Below are positions 17,037-27,126 of a DNA stretch of 57,101 nt, one piece after another. Position 1 is the first letter of the stretch. Every line of letters starts with the position of its first letter. The translations under genes and the position numbers were made by a program. Source of the DNA: an uncultured Anaerolineaceae bacterium (GTDB taxonomy: Bacteria; Chloroflexota; Anaerolineae; Anaerolineales; Anaerolineaceae); NCBI GenBank assembly GCA_964391795.1, contig CAYMNM010000001.1, positions 1-57,101 on the forward strand, written 5' to 3'. The notes beneath the pieces were generated by a model. That model did not search any database. It saw only the letters and a list, made by a program, of their open reading frames with translations, and was not told the DNA's origin.

Positions 17037-19371
17037 AAACTTGTAAATCCAGGCTGAAATTAGCTTCGTCGTCAATGCTTGCCTTGAAGCGATAAACATC
17101 ATCCATTTCAGTCCTTTCCCAGGGGATTTCTAAGCCATCCTGGAATACTGTCTTGAGAGCCTGAGGCAACCAAACAAAGATATTCCCGCTTGCCAGTCTG
17201 CCAAGCTTAATGGCAAATGACAATGAATTACCCTTTTCCAGCCAATGCTTAACTTCATAACCCTGGCTGAAGTGGAACTCACTTCCCAGATATAGGCAAC
17301 CTCCAGTTTGCTCGTGCAAAGTAAATAATCTCACAGAATGTTTGGGCACTTGCCGAAATATTAGATCCCCATGCCAGGCATGGATTTCCCCGTTCCAGAA
17401 TTCTCGGGCAATCCATTTTTTCCCTCTGGGAAAACCCCAGTCGGTTGGTCGGAAAACCAAATCTTTTGCATCTGACTCCCAATTGAAGAATGCCACAACT
17501 GGCCAGGTCCCTGCCGCGGTGTGCAATTCCTGCTTCAGCATGAATGGCTCTCTATGCTCAAAGCGGTCCAGTACCTGGGGTTGGCTGGGAATTACAGGTA
17601 GGAGTGCCTGGATTATCTTCTTTCGCTCCTCGCTTAGTGTGGACATGCGATCTGAGACTAAAACTGCCCCACCTGTCATACCAATGCTGGTCGCCAAACT
17701 GTGAACTTCATCCAAATCAAGATTGGAATCTTCGCGCACTAATATGCAATCCGGGTCGTTCCCCCACCAGACACCATCCAAGTCTGACCTCGAGACGATA
17801 TTTCGAATCGCGTTGCGAGCGCTGGGCATGTTCATTTCATTCTTAAAGAAGTGTCTGTGGCCAAAGTAGGCAGGTTCCCAATCCGGGCTCACATCTGCGC
17901 TTATTCGCATGTAATCCACCAAACCTATGGCAGGGCCTAAGGGGCAGCCACACCCTAAAAGTATGGTTTCACTTCCAGCAGCAGCCCGAATCCGTTCCAA
18001 TCCTTGTCTTAGCACCTGGGCTCGGGTAAATCTTGGGTTTTGGTAGCGTCCAGCCAAGGCCGCGGCATATAAAAAGTCCAACTTCAGGTACTTAAAACCC
18101 CAATCTTGAACCGAGGTGCGGATGACTTCTTCTGTGTAAGCCATGGCTTCAGGGTTTGTAAGGTCCAAAGCCTTTCCCAATCGGTTCCAGACAAAACCGG
18201 AATTCGCGGGCCGGCCCCATTTATCGCGCAATAACCAATTAGGGTGCTCCTTTACTAAATCTGAACGAGATTCAACGATGTACGGTGCTAACCAAAGTCC
18301 GGGGATAAAACCTCTACCTTCAATTTTCTTTGCCAGGTGTTTAACGCCCTGTGGGAAGCGTTTTGAAAAAGACAGCCATTCTCCTACACTTTTTTCAAAG
18401 CCATCGTCAATTTGCACCAGGTTAAGAGGGACAGATTCCCGGGTTATCTCGATCTCATGAAGGTTCTCGAGAATGTCAGAATCTGTCACATTCTGGAAAT
18501 AGTAATACCAGGAACACCAGCCCACTGGTGCTGCCACTCGCGATTGCACATGATTCTCGCGCGAAACACTCTGCAAGTAGAGTTTGAAGGGTAGTTTGGA
18601 TCGTAAATTGTTAAAACTAAAACTGGCCCAATCTGTTTGAAATTGACTGCCATGGTCGAGGCGCAATCCGTCGCAGTTAGCCCAGATAGCCAGTTCAGAT
18701 TGCCTGCTGATATGGGTTTCAATTGACCCAAAACTCTCTTTTTGTGACAGATAGCCAGCTACCAGGCCGTTTTGAGTGTTCATATCTCCCAGGCAGGCAA
18801 ACATATCAGCAGAAAAATGATTGGTCGCGCGTGTGATTGGCGTTCCTGGGTTGATGATCATTGGGTTGGCAATCGGCCCCATCCAAGATCGTTCTTGCTG
18901 GTCTCCTAGACGGAAGCTGCCCGTTGGCGACCAGGATTGCCAACCATTAGAGAAAAAAACAGGTTCCATTTCGTCTGAGCCAAGTTTAACTTTTCCATTT
19001 TGGATGATGCCAGCAAAAATTCGCAATGGCCAAATGTCTTTTACCCCCAAATTGCGAAGATGCTGCCTAACCAGCAGCATGGGTTGGTCGATCATCAACC
19101 CTATCTCAACCACGAATTCTAATTGGTGAACCTTGTCGTAATAACACAATTCAAACCCATCAAATTGGGTTTTGGCAGGTCCAGTCTTCTTGGCAGCACT
19201 TAGATCTTTTAGCTCCAGGAATTCCGCAAAAATGGGCATTCCTCGTTCAAGTTGATAAGCCAGCCAAGCTTCTTCAATCAGGATATTGGGCTTATCCAGT
19301 AACCCGAGTGCAAAAGTACCTCGTTCAGGAACAAGATCTAACTTGAGACCTTTATGTTCCAGGCTAAGCAT
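17035..19371 (-). CDS. Glycoside hydrolase family 36-like alpha-galactosidase
   Basis: GWCSWYYYF, VQIDDGF, GLWLAPY, YLKLDF and WGNDPDC resemble clan GH-D (GH36/GH27) catalytic-domain motifs. Its ATG shares one base with the tsaC stop (TGATG). Confidence 0.78.
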   Translation of the reverse strand: MLSLEHKGLKLDLVPERGTFALGLLDKPNILIEEAWLAYQLERGMPIFAEFLELKDLSAAKKTGPAKTQFDGFELCYYDKVHQLEFVVEIGLMIDQPMLLVRQHLRNLGVKDIWPLRIFAGIIQNGKVKLGSDEMEPVFFSNGWQSWSPTGSFRLGDQQERSWMGPIANPMIINPGTPITRATNHFSADMFACLGDMNTQNGLVAGYLSQKESFGSIETHISRQSELAIWANCDGLRLDHGSQFQTDWASFSFNNLRSKLPFKLYLQSVSRENHVQSRVAAPVGWCSWYYYFQNVTDSDILENLHEIEITRESVPLNLVQIDDGFEKSVGEWLSFSKRFPQGVKHLAKKIEGRGFIPGLWLAPYIVESRSDLVKEHPNWLLRDKWGRPANSGFVWNRLGKALDLTNPEAMAYTEEVIRTSVQDWGFKYLKLDFLYAAALAGRYQNPRFTRAQVLRQGLERIRAAAGSETILLGCGCPLGPAIGLVDYMRISADVSPDWEPAYFGHRHFFKNEMNMPSARNAIRNIVSRSDLDGVWWGNDPDCILVREDSNLDLDEVHSLATSIGMTGGAVLVSDRMSTLSEERKKIIQALLPVIPSQPQVLDRFEHREPFMLKQELHTAAGTWPVVAFFNWESDAKDLVFRPTDWGFPRGKKWIAREFWNGEIHAWHGDLIFRQVPKHSVRLFTLHEQTGGCLYLGSEFHFSQGYEVKHWLEKGNSLSFAIKLGRLASGNIFVWLPQALKTVFQDGLEIPWERTEMDDVYRFKASIDDEANFSLDLQV

Positions 19372-19994
19372 CAGCTCTCCCAGACGCTGAGCACTTGATC
19401 AAATGGTATAGGCCCGCCTCTCAATAGGCGAATATCACCTTCCAAACATTGTACGATCGTAGAGGCATTGCCTCCCTGGATGACCCCACCATCCAACACA
19501 AGATCCACTCTTCCATTGAGCTGTTCCAGTACGCCTTCCAAATTTCTTGGGTTTGCCTTCCCTGAGATGTTGGCGCTGCTCACAGCCAAAGGGCCAGTTT
19601 TCTGAAGCAATGAGATTGTAAATGGATGGTCGGGCATCCGTACAGCAACGCCTGAATAAGGCGTCAATTCCTTGGGCAGGTCAAGTTGTTTTTCAAGCAC
19701 TAAAGTTAGAGCACCAGGCCAAAAAGCGTGCGCAATTCTTAGAACGCGAGGGTCGATTACGCGTACAACCTTACGAAGTTGCTCCATGCCACCCACAAGT
19801 AGTGGTATGGCTTTTGAGGTAGGTCTATCCTTTGCGATGTACACGTTATTGAGAGCATTCGCATTTCTGGGATCGCAAGCAATCCCATACAGGGTATCGG
19901 TAGGGATTACAATGCTGCCACCGTTTTGAATCACCTTTTTGGCCATTCGAATGGCATTTTTTTCCTCAATTGAGATTACTGTGGTTACGGGCAT
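19371..19994 (-). CDS. tsaC: L-threonylcarbamoyladenylate synthase (TsaC/YwlC/Sua5 family)
   Basis: IVIPTDTLYGIACDP, KDRPTSKAIPLL, WPGALTLVL and SANISG motifs. Start set to ATG 19994, one base after the prmC stop codon (19996-19998). Confidence 0.85.
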   Translation of the reverse strand: MPVTTVISIEEKNAIRMAKKVIQNGGSIVIPTDTLYGIACDPRNANALNNVYIAKDRPTSKAIPLLVGGMEQLRKVVRVIDPRVLRIAHAFWPGALTLVLEKQLDLPKELTPYSGVAVRMPDHPFTISLLQKTGPLAVSSANISGKANPRNLEGVLEQLNGRVDLVLDGGVIQGGNASTIVQCLEGDIRLLRGGPIPFDQVLSVWES

Positions 19995-19995
19995 T

Positions 19996-20880
19996 TCAAC
20001 AAACCTCTTCAATGCGCAAAAGTCTATCCAGGCCTGCCATGTCTTGGAGTATCCTTGTGTCGGCCTGAGGATAATATATCTTGGCCAATTTCTCAACCTC
20101 CAAAGCCTTGTCGGTTTGAAATTCTAAAAGTAAAAGCGCTGGTTTCAGCAAATGTGTTCGGCTCTCAGCCAGGCAACGTTTGATAATTTCCAAACCATTC
20201 TGACCACCATCCAAGGCCAACCTGGGTTCGTAAGGCAGGCTGTTGACTGCTGAAACCTCATCAGAAGGTATATAGGGTAAATTGGCGCAGAACACATTAT
20301 AACTTCGGGTAAGGTTTCTAAACAAGTCTGATTGTTTAAACCGAATGCGGTCGCCGCATTGATTTGCCAACGCATTTTCCATCGCCACCTTCAGACTTCT
20401 GGCATCAATATCCACCGCGCACACGTGCAGGTCCTGACAATTCAGTACCAGGCTCACGGCCACACAACCGCTACCCGTCCCAAGGTCTATCCCTTGTCGG
20501 GCGTTAGGATGCACTTTGAGCCAGGCAAGTGCTTCTTCAACCATTATCTCAGTTTCTGGCCGTGGGATGAGCACATCAGGGGTGACCTTAAAATCCAGGC
20601 CAAAGAATTCCTGCTTGCCGGTTAAATACGCCAAGGGTTCCCCCTTTGCCAACCTTTCACTCAGATCGGTAAACTGGATGACTTTCTGTTGTGGAAGGTA
20701 AAAGTCTGGATGTGCCAGCACCCAGGCTTTTGATTCTCCCAGCACGTGCGCAAGAAGGACCAGGGCATGGTCATGCGGCTGTTCAACGTGCTGGGAAAGC
20801 TTAAGGGTCTGTTGTTTAAGTAAGACCCCTGCGCTACAGCTATCCATTAGCTTCGAAATTGGCCAGCCGTTCTGCTTCAT
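19996..20880 (-). CDS. prmC: Release-factor glutamine N5-methyltransferase
   Basis: HemK N-terminal region, SAM motif IDLGTGSGCVAV and motif IV CANLPYIP (NLPY instead of NPPY). Lies directly downstream of prfA. Start is uncertain (20880 or 20847); both overlap the prfA 3' end. Confidence 0.88.
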   Translation of the reverse strand: MKQNGWPISKLMDSCSAGVLLKQQTLKLSQHVEQPHDHALVLLAHVLGESKAWVLAHPDFYLPQQKVIQFTDLSERLAKGEPLAYLTGKQEFFGLDFKVTPDVLIPRPETEIMVEEALAWLKVHPNARQGIDLGTGSGCVAVSLVLNCQDLHVCAVDIDARSLKVAMENALANQCGDRIRFKQSDLFRNLTRSYNVFCANLPYIPSDEVSAVNSLPYEPRLALDGGQNGLEIIKRCLAESRTHLLKPALLLLEFQTDKALEVEKLAKIYYPQADTRILQDMAGLDRLLRIEEVC

Positions 20881-21910
20881 CCGCTAATTGCAGTTCGGTG
20901 ATAAAGGTGTCCAGTTCGTAGCCGGCCATAACCCCACTCAGATTGTAGGAAGAGACGTTGATGCGATGGTCAGTGACTCTCGATTGCGGGTAATTGTAGG
21001 TCCGGATCTTTTCCGACCGTTCACCGGTACCAATCTGTGATTTGCGAGTTGCGGCTTGGGCATCTTGTCGTTTTTGAAGTTCGAGTTCATAAAGCCGGGC
21101 TCTCAGCACCCCCATGGCTCGCATTTTATTTTGAAGCTGCGAGCGTTCATCCTGACAAGCAACCACAATGCCGGTTGGAAGGTGGGTTATGCGTACAGCT
21201 GTTTGATTTTTCTGTACATTCTGACCGCCAGCGCCAGCTGAACGGTAAACATCAATATTTAAATCCGACTCAGGTATCTTGATTTCAACATCCTCTACTT
21301 CAGCAAGCACGGCTACGGTCACTGTAGAGGTGTGGATGCGGCCTTGAGCCTCAGTTTCTGGCACGCGCTGTACGCGATGCACTCCGGATTCAAATTTGAA
21401 GCGCGAGTAAGCCCCTTTTCCTTTGATCGAGAAAGTTACTTCTTTGTAACCTCCCAGTCCTGTCTCACTACCGGCCACAATTTCCGTTTTGTAGTTGTGC
21501 TGGTCAGCATAATGCAGGTACATCCGCAATAGATCAGAAACGAATAACGAAGCTTCGTCACCACCGGTACCAGCCCGGATTTCGATGATTACATTGCGGT
21601 CATCACGCGGATCCTTGGGTACCAACAGGGTTTTGATCCGCGTCTCAAGCGCATCTTTTTGGGCTTCCATATCGGGCAGTTCTGCCCTTGCCATCTCACG
21701 TAAGTCCAGATCAGACGATTCGGCCAGTAATTTGGTTTCATCCAAATTACTTAATAAATTTTTATACTCATTGGCTAATTCAACAACTGGTTCCAGATCG
21801 GACTTTTCTTTGGAAAGGTCAACCACAGTTTGATAGTCGTCTGCCGATTGGGCTAATAGTTCTTCAATATCCTGATAACGCGAAAGGATCGCCTGCAATT
21901 TTTCAATCAT
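20840..21910 (-). CDS. prfA: Peptide chain release factor 1
   Basis: GGQ motif SGAGGQNVQK, RF1-type tripeptide P-E-T (VQRVPETEAQGRIHTS), 356 aa. Confidence 0.97.
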   Translation of the reverse strand: MIEKLQAILSRYQDIEELLAQSADDYQTVVDLSKEKSDLEPVVELANEYKNLLSNLDETKLLAESSDLDLREMARAELPDMEAQKDALETRIKTLLVPKDPRDDRNVIIEIRAGTGGDEASLFVSDLLRMYLHYADQHNYKTEIVAGSETGLGGYKEVTFSIKGKGAYSRFKFESGVHRVQRVPETEAQGRIHTSTVTVAVLAEVEDVEIKIPESDLNIDVYRSAGAGGQNVQKNQTAVRITHLPTGIVVACQDERSQLQNKMRAMGVLRARLYELELQKRQDAQAATRKSQIGTGERSEKIRTYNYPQSRVTDHRINVSSYNLSGVMAGYELDTFITELQLADEAERLANFEANG

Positions 21911-22004
21911 ATTTTTACCTGCCTGATAGGCGGCGATTATACCATGCCCGGCATCACCGCTGCGCAGAGAATTTTTGTACGAAATTCCCGTTATAATGGT
22001 TGGA

Positions 22005-22775
22005 ATGCAACTCTATTTTATCCGCCATGGCCAATCAACCAACAATGCACTCCCAGATGACTTTGAGGATAACGGCTCACATAACCGTTCTGAAGATCCA
22101 GATCTAACACCAAGAGGTATCCTCCAGGCGCAAATTACTGGGGAAGCATTGGCCCATCAAGATACATCCCAACCCATTCCCCACACGCCATACGGTAATA
22201 AGGATTTTCAAAACCGACTCGGTTTTGGGCTTACACACCTCTACAGTAGCCTCATGGTTAGGGCTGTGCATACCGGTACCATCATTAGCGAGCGTCTTGG
22301 TTTGCCGCTCACCGCGAATATCGACATGCATGAGTGTGGTGGGATCTACCTCCAGAAAGAGGTTGAAAATCACAAGGTAATTGAGATTTTGCATGGAAAA
22401 GGTCGATCCTGGTTTTCCAGGCATTATCCGAACCTGCAATTTACCTCTCCCGTCACTGAAGATGGTTGGTGGCCTGGAGGAAAAGAGGATTACCCTCCCC
22501 GTCTGGAACGAGCTTTTCGTGTGCTTGAATTCTTAAAGGATCGCCATGCCGGTACTGATGATCGTGTTGGAATCATCACCCATGGCAGCTTTTTTGCTAT
22601 ACTTTTCCGTGCGATGTTTAAACTGGATCTGCATATTTTACGGTCGGCCGACCAACCTTACCGTTTGATTTACAATAATTGTGGGATTACTCGTATTGAC
22701 ATTTTAAATTCACGTTTTTTTGATTTGGTATATCTGAATCGAACCTGCCACTTACCAAACGACCTTATCACCTGA
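22005..22775 (+). CDS. Histidine phosphatase (phosphoglycerate-mutase-like) family protein
   Basis: MQLYFIRHGQSTNN (RHG catalytic motif) and downstream IITHGSF. The ORF-track start at 21975 is a TTG; ATG 22005 gives the usual N-terminus. Confidence 0.8.
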   Translation: MQLYFIRHGQSTNNALPDDFEDNGSHNRSEDPDLTPRGILQAQITGEALAHQDTSQPIPHTPYGNKDFQNRLGFGLTHLYSSLMVRAVHTGTIISERLGLPLTANIDMHECGGIYLQKEVENHKVIEILHGKGRSWFSRHYPNLQFTSPVTEDGWWPGGKEDYPPRLERAFRVLEFLKDRHAGTDDRVGIITHGSFFAILFRAMFKLDLHILRSADQPYRLIYNNCGITRIDILNSRFFDLVYLNRTCHLPNDLIT

Positions 22776-22782
22776 GAATAAA

Positions 22783-24102
22783 ATGTTTGTCAGTCTTGAA
22801 ATTTTCCTGATTTTTATCTTTATCCTCATTAACGGACTCTTTTCCATGTACGAAATGGCCATGGTTTCTTCTCGTAAAGTTCGGCTTGAGCAAATGGAGG
22901 AAGACGGTGATGAGAGCGCGAGCAGCGCGCTAAAACTACTTGCAACCCCCAATCGCTACCTCTCCACTGTCCAGTTTGTCATCACGCTCATCAGCATCCT
23001 TTCCGGCGCTTTTGGCGGTGCTCGCCTCGCCAAACCTTTGACCCTTTTCTTTGAGCGTGAAGGCTGGTTTGGAGACAGCGCAGAAGGCTGGGCATTGACT
23101 ATTATTGTTGTCCTGGTCACATTCTTTTCGCTTGTCCTCGGTGAGTTGGTTCCCAAACGTATCGCTCTTGCCAACCCTGAGCGTATCTCAGCCCGTTTTT
23201 CCGGTGTTATGAACGTGTTTGCTCAGATCGCCAGGCCGGTTGTCTGGTTTCTTAGCACCTCGACAAATTTTTCCCTCAAGATACTTGGGATAAAACCCAA
23301 ACCCCAACCAGTTGTTACCGAAGAGGAAATCAAGTTATTAATTGAACAAGGTGCCCAACAGGGTATCTTCGAAACTAAAGAACAAGACATGGTTTCAGCT
23401 GTTTTCCGATTCACGGAGCGACGTGTTGATGCCATCATGACACCCCGTTTGGATATGGTCTGGATCGATTTGGATGACCCCAGAGGTGTGATCATAGACG
23501 ACTTAAAATCTTCTGCGTTTTCTCGCGTACCCGTCGCGCATGGCAGCCTTGACCAGGTGGTCGGCATGGTTTATCTGAAAGATCTCATCGGTGTGGACAT
23601 GCGTTCGCCTGATTTTAACCTCCTAAGCTACGCGCAGGAACCGTTATATGTGCCAGAAAGCACTAAAGCATTGGATGTCTTTGATCAATTCCGTCAGACT
23701 GGCAAACATCAGGCATTGGTAATCGATGAATATGGTGGTGTTCAGGGCATTGTCACGCTTTACGATGTGCTCGAGTCAATCATGGGCGATATTCCCCAGG
23801 ATGAACAAGACACTGACCAGGAAGCTATCAAGCGTGCAGATGGTTCCTGGCTTTTTGATGGTATGCTGCCAATCGATGAACTCAAAGATATTCTGGATTT
23901 GGATGAATTACCTGAAGAATCCAAAGCCGGCTACCAAACCCTGAGCGGTTTTGTCATGAACCAGTTGGGTGCCATCCCGCGGGTTGGCCAATCTTTCACC
24001 TGGGACAAGCTGCGTTTTGAAGTGGTTGACATGGATGGCCGACGCGTTGACAGGGTGTTGGTCAGCAACACGCAAGCAGAAAACCAGCAATTGCCTAATT
24101 AA
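22783..24102 (+). CDS. CNNM/HlyC-CorC-family transporter (DUF21, two CBS domains, CorC_HlyC domain)
   Basis: Four N-terminal TM helices with GELVPKRIAL, CBS pair (IMTPRLDMV..., ALVIDEYGGVQGIVTLYDVLE) and a C-terminal transporter-associated domain. Confidence 0.9.
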   Translation: MFVSLEIFLIFIFILINGLFSMYEMAMVSSRKVRLEQMEEDGDESASSALKLLATPNRYLSTVQFVITLISILSGAFGGARLAKPLTLFFEREGWFGDSAEGWALTIIVVLVTFFSLVLGELVPKRIALANPERISARFSGVMNVFAQIARPVVWFLSTSTNFSLKILGIKPKPQPVVTEEEIKLLIEQGAQQGIFETKEQDMVSAVFRFTERRVDAIMTPRLDMVWIDLDDPRGVIIDDLKSSAFSRVPVAHGSLDQVVGMVYLKDLIGVDMRSPDFNLLSYAQEPLYVPESTKALDVFDQFRQTGKHQALVIDEYGGVQGIVTLYDVLESIMGDIPQDEQDTDQEAIKRADGSWLFDGMLPIDELKDILDLDELPEESKAGYQTLSGFVMNQLGAIPRVGQSFTWDKLRFEVVDMDGRRVDRVLVSNTQAENQQLPN

Positions 24103-24998
24103 TCCTTCGACCAGCGCGTGTACATGGCATGTGAGATCACATGACCAGCTGATTTGTCCACGGTCACCAATTCTCCAGTCTCGGTTTTGCCCTTCTCACC
24201 CATAACCTCAACCACAGCCTGCTCAGTCAATAGGGCTGAAGCCCGGATGGCATATGCTGTAATAACCATGAAATCTGCGCTATTGCCCAACAGTCCGCGG
24301 CAAGCTCGCATTAGTTCCGGAATTTTTTTGAAAAAGTCCCACACTTCTCCGGATGCTCCTCTACCAAATTTGGGAGGGTCCAAAACGATTCCATGATATT
24401 GGCTTCCGCGCCGTACTTCCCGCTCTGCAAATTTTAATGCGTCCTCCGCGATCCAACGCACAGGCTGTTTCTCCAAGCCCGATAATTTGTAATTGTAATT
24501 AGCCCATGTAATGGCATGTTTGGAGGCGTCTACATGCGTCACCTCTGCGCCAGCTTCGGCGCAAGCTAAGGTTGCCAGCCCAGAATAACCGAACAAATTC
24601 AATACCTTAAATGGCTTTGTGGCTTTGCGAATACGTTTTTCCATCCAATCCCAGTTGCTGGCCATTTCGGGGAACACACCGATATGGCGAGAATTGGCCA
24701 ATTGTGCTTGAAAGCGCAGGTTCTTGTAGCTCATCTCCCATGATTTCTCGATTGGTTTCAAGAAACGCCAGGAGGCACCATATTCTGCCTTTTCTTCCAC
24801 CATAACGGCATCTGCTTTTTCCCAGGCCTCCGCTTTCAGTGTTTTTTCCCATACCGCCTGTGGTTCAGGCCGGATGAGGATATGCTTTCCAAAGCGTTCC
24901 AATGCTTTGCCCTTGCCGCTATCAAGAAGTTCGTAATCCTCCCAGTTTTGAGGTGCGGAGAGGTGAATGGTGGTAGCTAAGAAATCATGTTTTGTCAT
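24099..24998 (-). CDS. Class I SAM-dependent (rRNA-type, RlmI/RlmK-like) methyltransferase
   Basis: VLNLFGYSGLATLACAEAGAEVTHVDASK...W, IVLDPPKFGRG. Its stop shares TTAA with the convergent CNNM gene. Confidence 0.78.
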   Translation of the reverse strand: MTKHDFLATTIHLSAPQNWEDYELLDSGKGKALERFGKHILIRPEPQAVWEKTLKAEAWEKADAVMVEEKAEYGASWRFLKPIEKSWEMSYKNLRFQAQLANSRHIGVFPEMASNWDWMEKRIRKATKPFKVLNLFGYSGLATLACAEAGAEVTHVDASKHAITWANYNYKLSGLEKQPVRWIAEDALKFAEREVRRGSQYHGIVLDPPKFGRGASGEVWDFFKKIPELMRACRGLLGNSADFMVITAYAIRASALLTEQAVVEVMGEKGKTETGELVTVDKSAGHVISHAMYTRWSKD

Positions 24999-25002
24999 GG
25001 TT

Positions 25003-25866
25003 TTACCTTATGATTCTGAATATTTGCGTTGCCAGGAAGAATGTTACCAGCCCAATTGCCAATGCGCGTTGGAAGTTGATAAATATCATGTGTACAAGAG
25101 GACCTTTAAGACCTGTCTTACGTCTTGAGAACTGAGGATAAAGCATGATCACATAAAGGACAACAATGAGAATCGTTACCCAGGCTGGCACCATGCCCGA
25201 GAATGTAAACACATAGAGGCTCGTAAACAGGATTAGAAAACTAGCGACAATCAATATCCCAGAAAGTTTGTATCTGAGGTTTGCTCCTGTGATGTTTTTT
25301 GCCCGGGTTTCAACCAGGCTGAAGTAAGAGGCATATGCCAACACAAAGGCCAGACTACCGCTAACCCAACTGTTATTCCCAAATTGAACTGTGCTCAGGT
25401 TGGTCGCGCTGAGAAACGGTAAAAGACTAGTTAAAATCGAAAAACCCAGAGCATCCAAAACCATGCTTTGGCGCAGCCTTAAAGAATGATAAAAGTACAA
25501 CCCACCCACGACCAGAATACCAAAATTTGCCATTACAGTGCTGCCGGAAGTGAAAATGCTAAGAGCCAGAGCAATTCCTGCCAGGCTGAAGCATGTCTTC
25601 CAGGCAGACAAAATATCTATGCTGCCTTTTGATATTGGGTTGTCGGGGTTTCTTCCTTCCGATAACGCGTCCAGTGGTGCGTCTTCGATGCTTCCGTAAG
25701 CAAAGACTGCCATCAGAGCAATCAACAGGCTGAAACTGTTGCCGATTCGCACATAGTTATTTTGTTCGGATGAGATCAACCAACCCAAAAAAAGGCTTGA
25801 GGTAAAAGGCCAAAGGAATGTCTCAACCTGGGTTAGCTGCACCCGTTCTGTAAACAATTTTTTCAT
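25003..25866 (-). CDS. Polytopic membrane protein, possibly UbiA-type prenyltransferase-like
   Basis: Eight or nine hydrophobic helices. The loop IEDAPLDALSEGRNPDNPISKG only loosely resembles the UbiA NDxxDxxxD...RP..G motif. Start set to ATG 25866 (MKKLFTER). Confidence 0.35.
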   Translation of the reverse strand: MKKLFTERVQLTQVETFLWPFTSSLFLGWLISSEQNNYVRIGNSFSLLIALMAVFAYGSIEDAPLDALSEGRNPDNPISKGSIDILSAWKTCFSLAGIALALSIFTSGSTVMANFGILVVGGLYFYHSLRLRQSMVLDALGFSILTSLLPFLSATNLSTVQFGNNSWVSGSLAFVLAYASYFSLVETRAKNITGANLRYKLSGILIVASFLILFTSLYVFTFSGMVPAWVTILIVVLYVIMLYPQFSRRKTGLKGPLVHMIFINFQRALAIGLVTFFLATQIFRIIR

Positions 25867-25969
25867 ACTTTTAGAAAGTATACCAAGCGCATGGGATGAT
25901 TTTGACCAAAAAATGCGCATTGAAGCAGAAGACGATTAGAATCTCAAAAGCAAATTACAGGAGGCTACC

Positions 25970-27118
25970 ATGGACTTTGACAAAATTATCGACCGACGCT
26001 GTACTGAAAGCTTACGCTGGCACGTTTACCCGCAGGATGTTTTGCCGCTTTGGGTGGCAGATATGGATTTTGAAAGCCCTGCCTGTGTTATGCAAGCGCT
26101 GCATCAACGCATCGATCACGGCATTTTTGGTTACGACCTGGCAACCTTTGGGCTCAAGGAAGTCTTTGCCAAACGCATGCAGGATTTATACAACTGGAAT
26201 ATCACTGATCCTCAAATTCACTTCGTTCCGGGAGTGGTCACTGGTTTCAATCTGGCCTTGCGTACGATTTGTCAACCAGGCGACGCCGTCATCTTCTTTA
26301 CCCCCGCCTATCCTCCGTTTTTCTCTGGACCTAAATCATCCGGTTTTAAAGTGGTCGAATGTCCCATGCTGGAAGGCCCGCAGGGCTATTACAGCATTGA
26401 TTTTGATCTCTTTGAGCGTCAAATCGTTGAAAACAATGTCAAAGCCTACGTTCATTGCAACCCTCAAAACCCAACTGGACGGGTACTCACTCGTGAAGAG
26501 CTTGAGAAACTGGCCGAGATCCTGCTTCGGCACCAGGTCTACACTTGTTCTGATGAAATTCATTGTGACCTCCTCTATGACGGCCACAAACACATTCCTT
26601 TTGCAACACTTTCCAAGGAAATATCTGACACTACCCTTTCCTTCTTGGCGCCAAGCAAAACCTACAACATTGCCGGCCTTTACGCTTCTGTAGGCATCAT
26701 CCAAAATGAAGCCTTGGCGCAGCGCTTCAATGAAGCCAAGGGCGGATTGGTTGGTTATCCAAGCTCGCTTGCCCTGACCGCGGCAAAGGCCGCTTACGAA
26801 GGCGGCGAGGACTGGCTGAACGAATGCCTGGTCTACATGCAAGCTAATCGCGATTGGTTGGTAGAGAACATCCATGCGCGCTTGCCAGGCGTCAAAGCCA
26901 CCCGGCCAGAGGGCACTTTCCTGATGTGGCTCGATTGCCGCGAAACTGGCCTCGAAAGCCCATACAAGTTCTTTTTGGAAAAGGCAAAAGTAGGTCTCAA
27001 TGACGGCCTGGCTTTTGGCCAGCCATACAAGCAGTTCACCCGTCTGAACTTTGGCACCCCGCGTGCCAATCTCGAGACCGCGGTCAGTGCGATTGAAAGG
27101 GCTTTAAAAGAACGCTAA
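25970..27118 (+). CDS. PLP-dependent C-S lyase / aminotransferase (MalY/PatB family)
   Basis: N-terminal DRRCTESLRW, WVADMDF, CNPQNPTGRV and SFLAPSKTYNIAG (PLP lysine) are typical of PatB/MalY cystathionine beta-lyases. Confidence 0.87.
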   Translation: MDFDKIIDRRCTESLRWHVYPQDVLPLWVADMDFESPACVMQALHQRIDHGIFGYDLATFGLKEVFAKRMQDLYNWNITDPQIHFVPGVVTGFNLALRTICQPGDAVIFFTPAYPPFFSGPKSSGFKVVECPMLEGPQGYYSIDFDLFERQIVENNVKAYVHCNPQNPTGRVLTREELEKLAEILLRHQVYTCSDEIHCDLLYDGHKHIPFATLSKEISDTTLSFLAPSKTYNIAGLYASVGIIQNEALAQRFNEAKGGLVGYPSSLALTAAKAAYEGGEDWLNECLVYMQANRDWLVENIHARLPGVKATRPEGTFLMWLDCRETGLESPYKFFLEKAKVGLNDGLAFGQPYKQFTRLNFGTPRANLETAVSAIERALKER

Positions 27119-27126
27119 AAGGCGAC

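Noticed and set aside
24099-24102. Convergent CNNM transporter and methyltransferase genes share their stop codons in the palindrome TTAA.
   Set aside because: This is a real but trivial consequence of tight packing. No hairpin or regulatory signal is associated with it.
25896-26875. 265-aa plus-strand and 179-aa minus-strand ORFs overlapping the MalY/PatB gene.
   Set aside because: They are alternative-frame and antisense shadows. The 382-aa frame carries all the aminotransferase motifs, and these ORFs have none.
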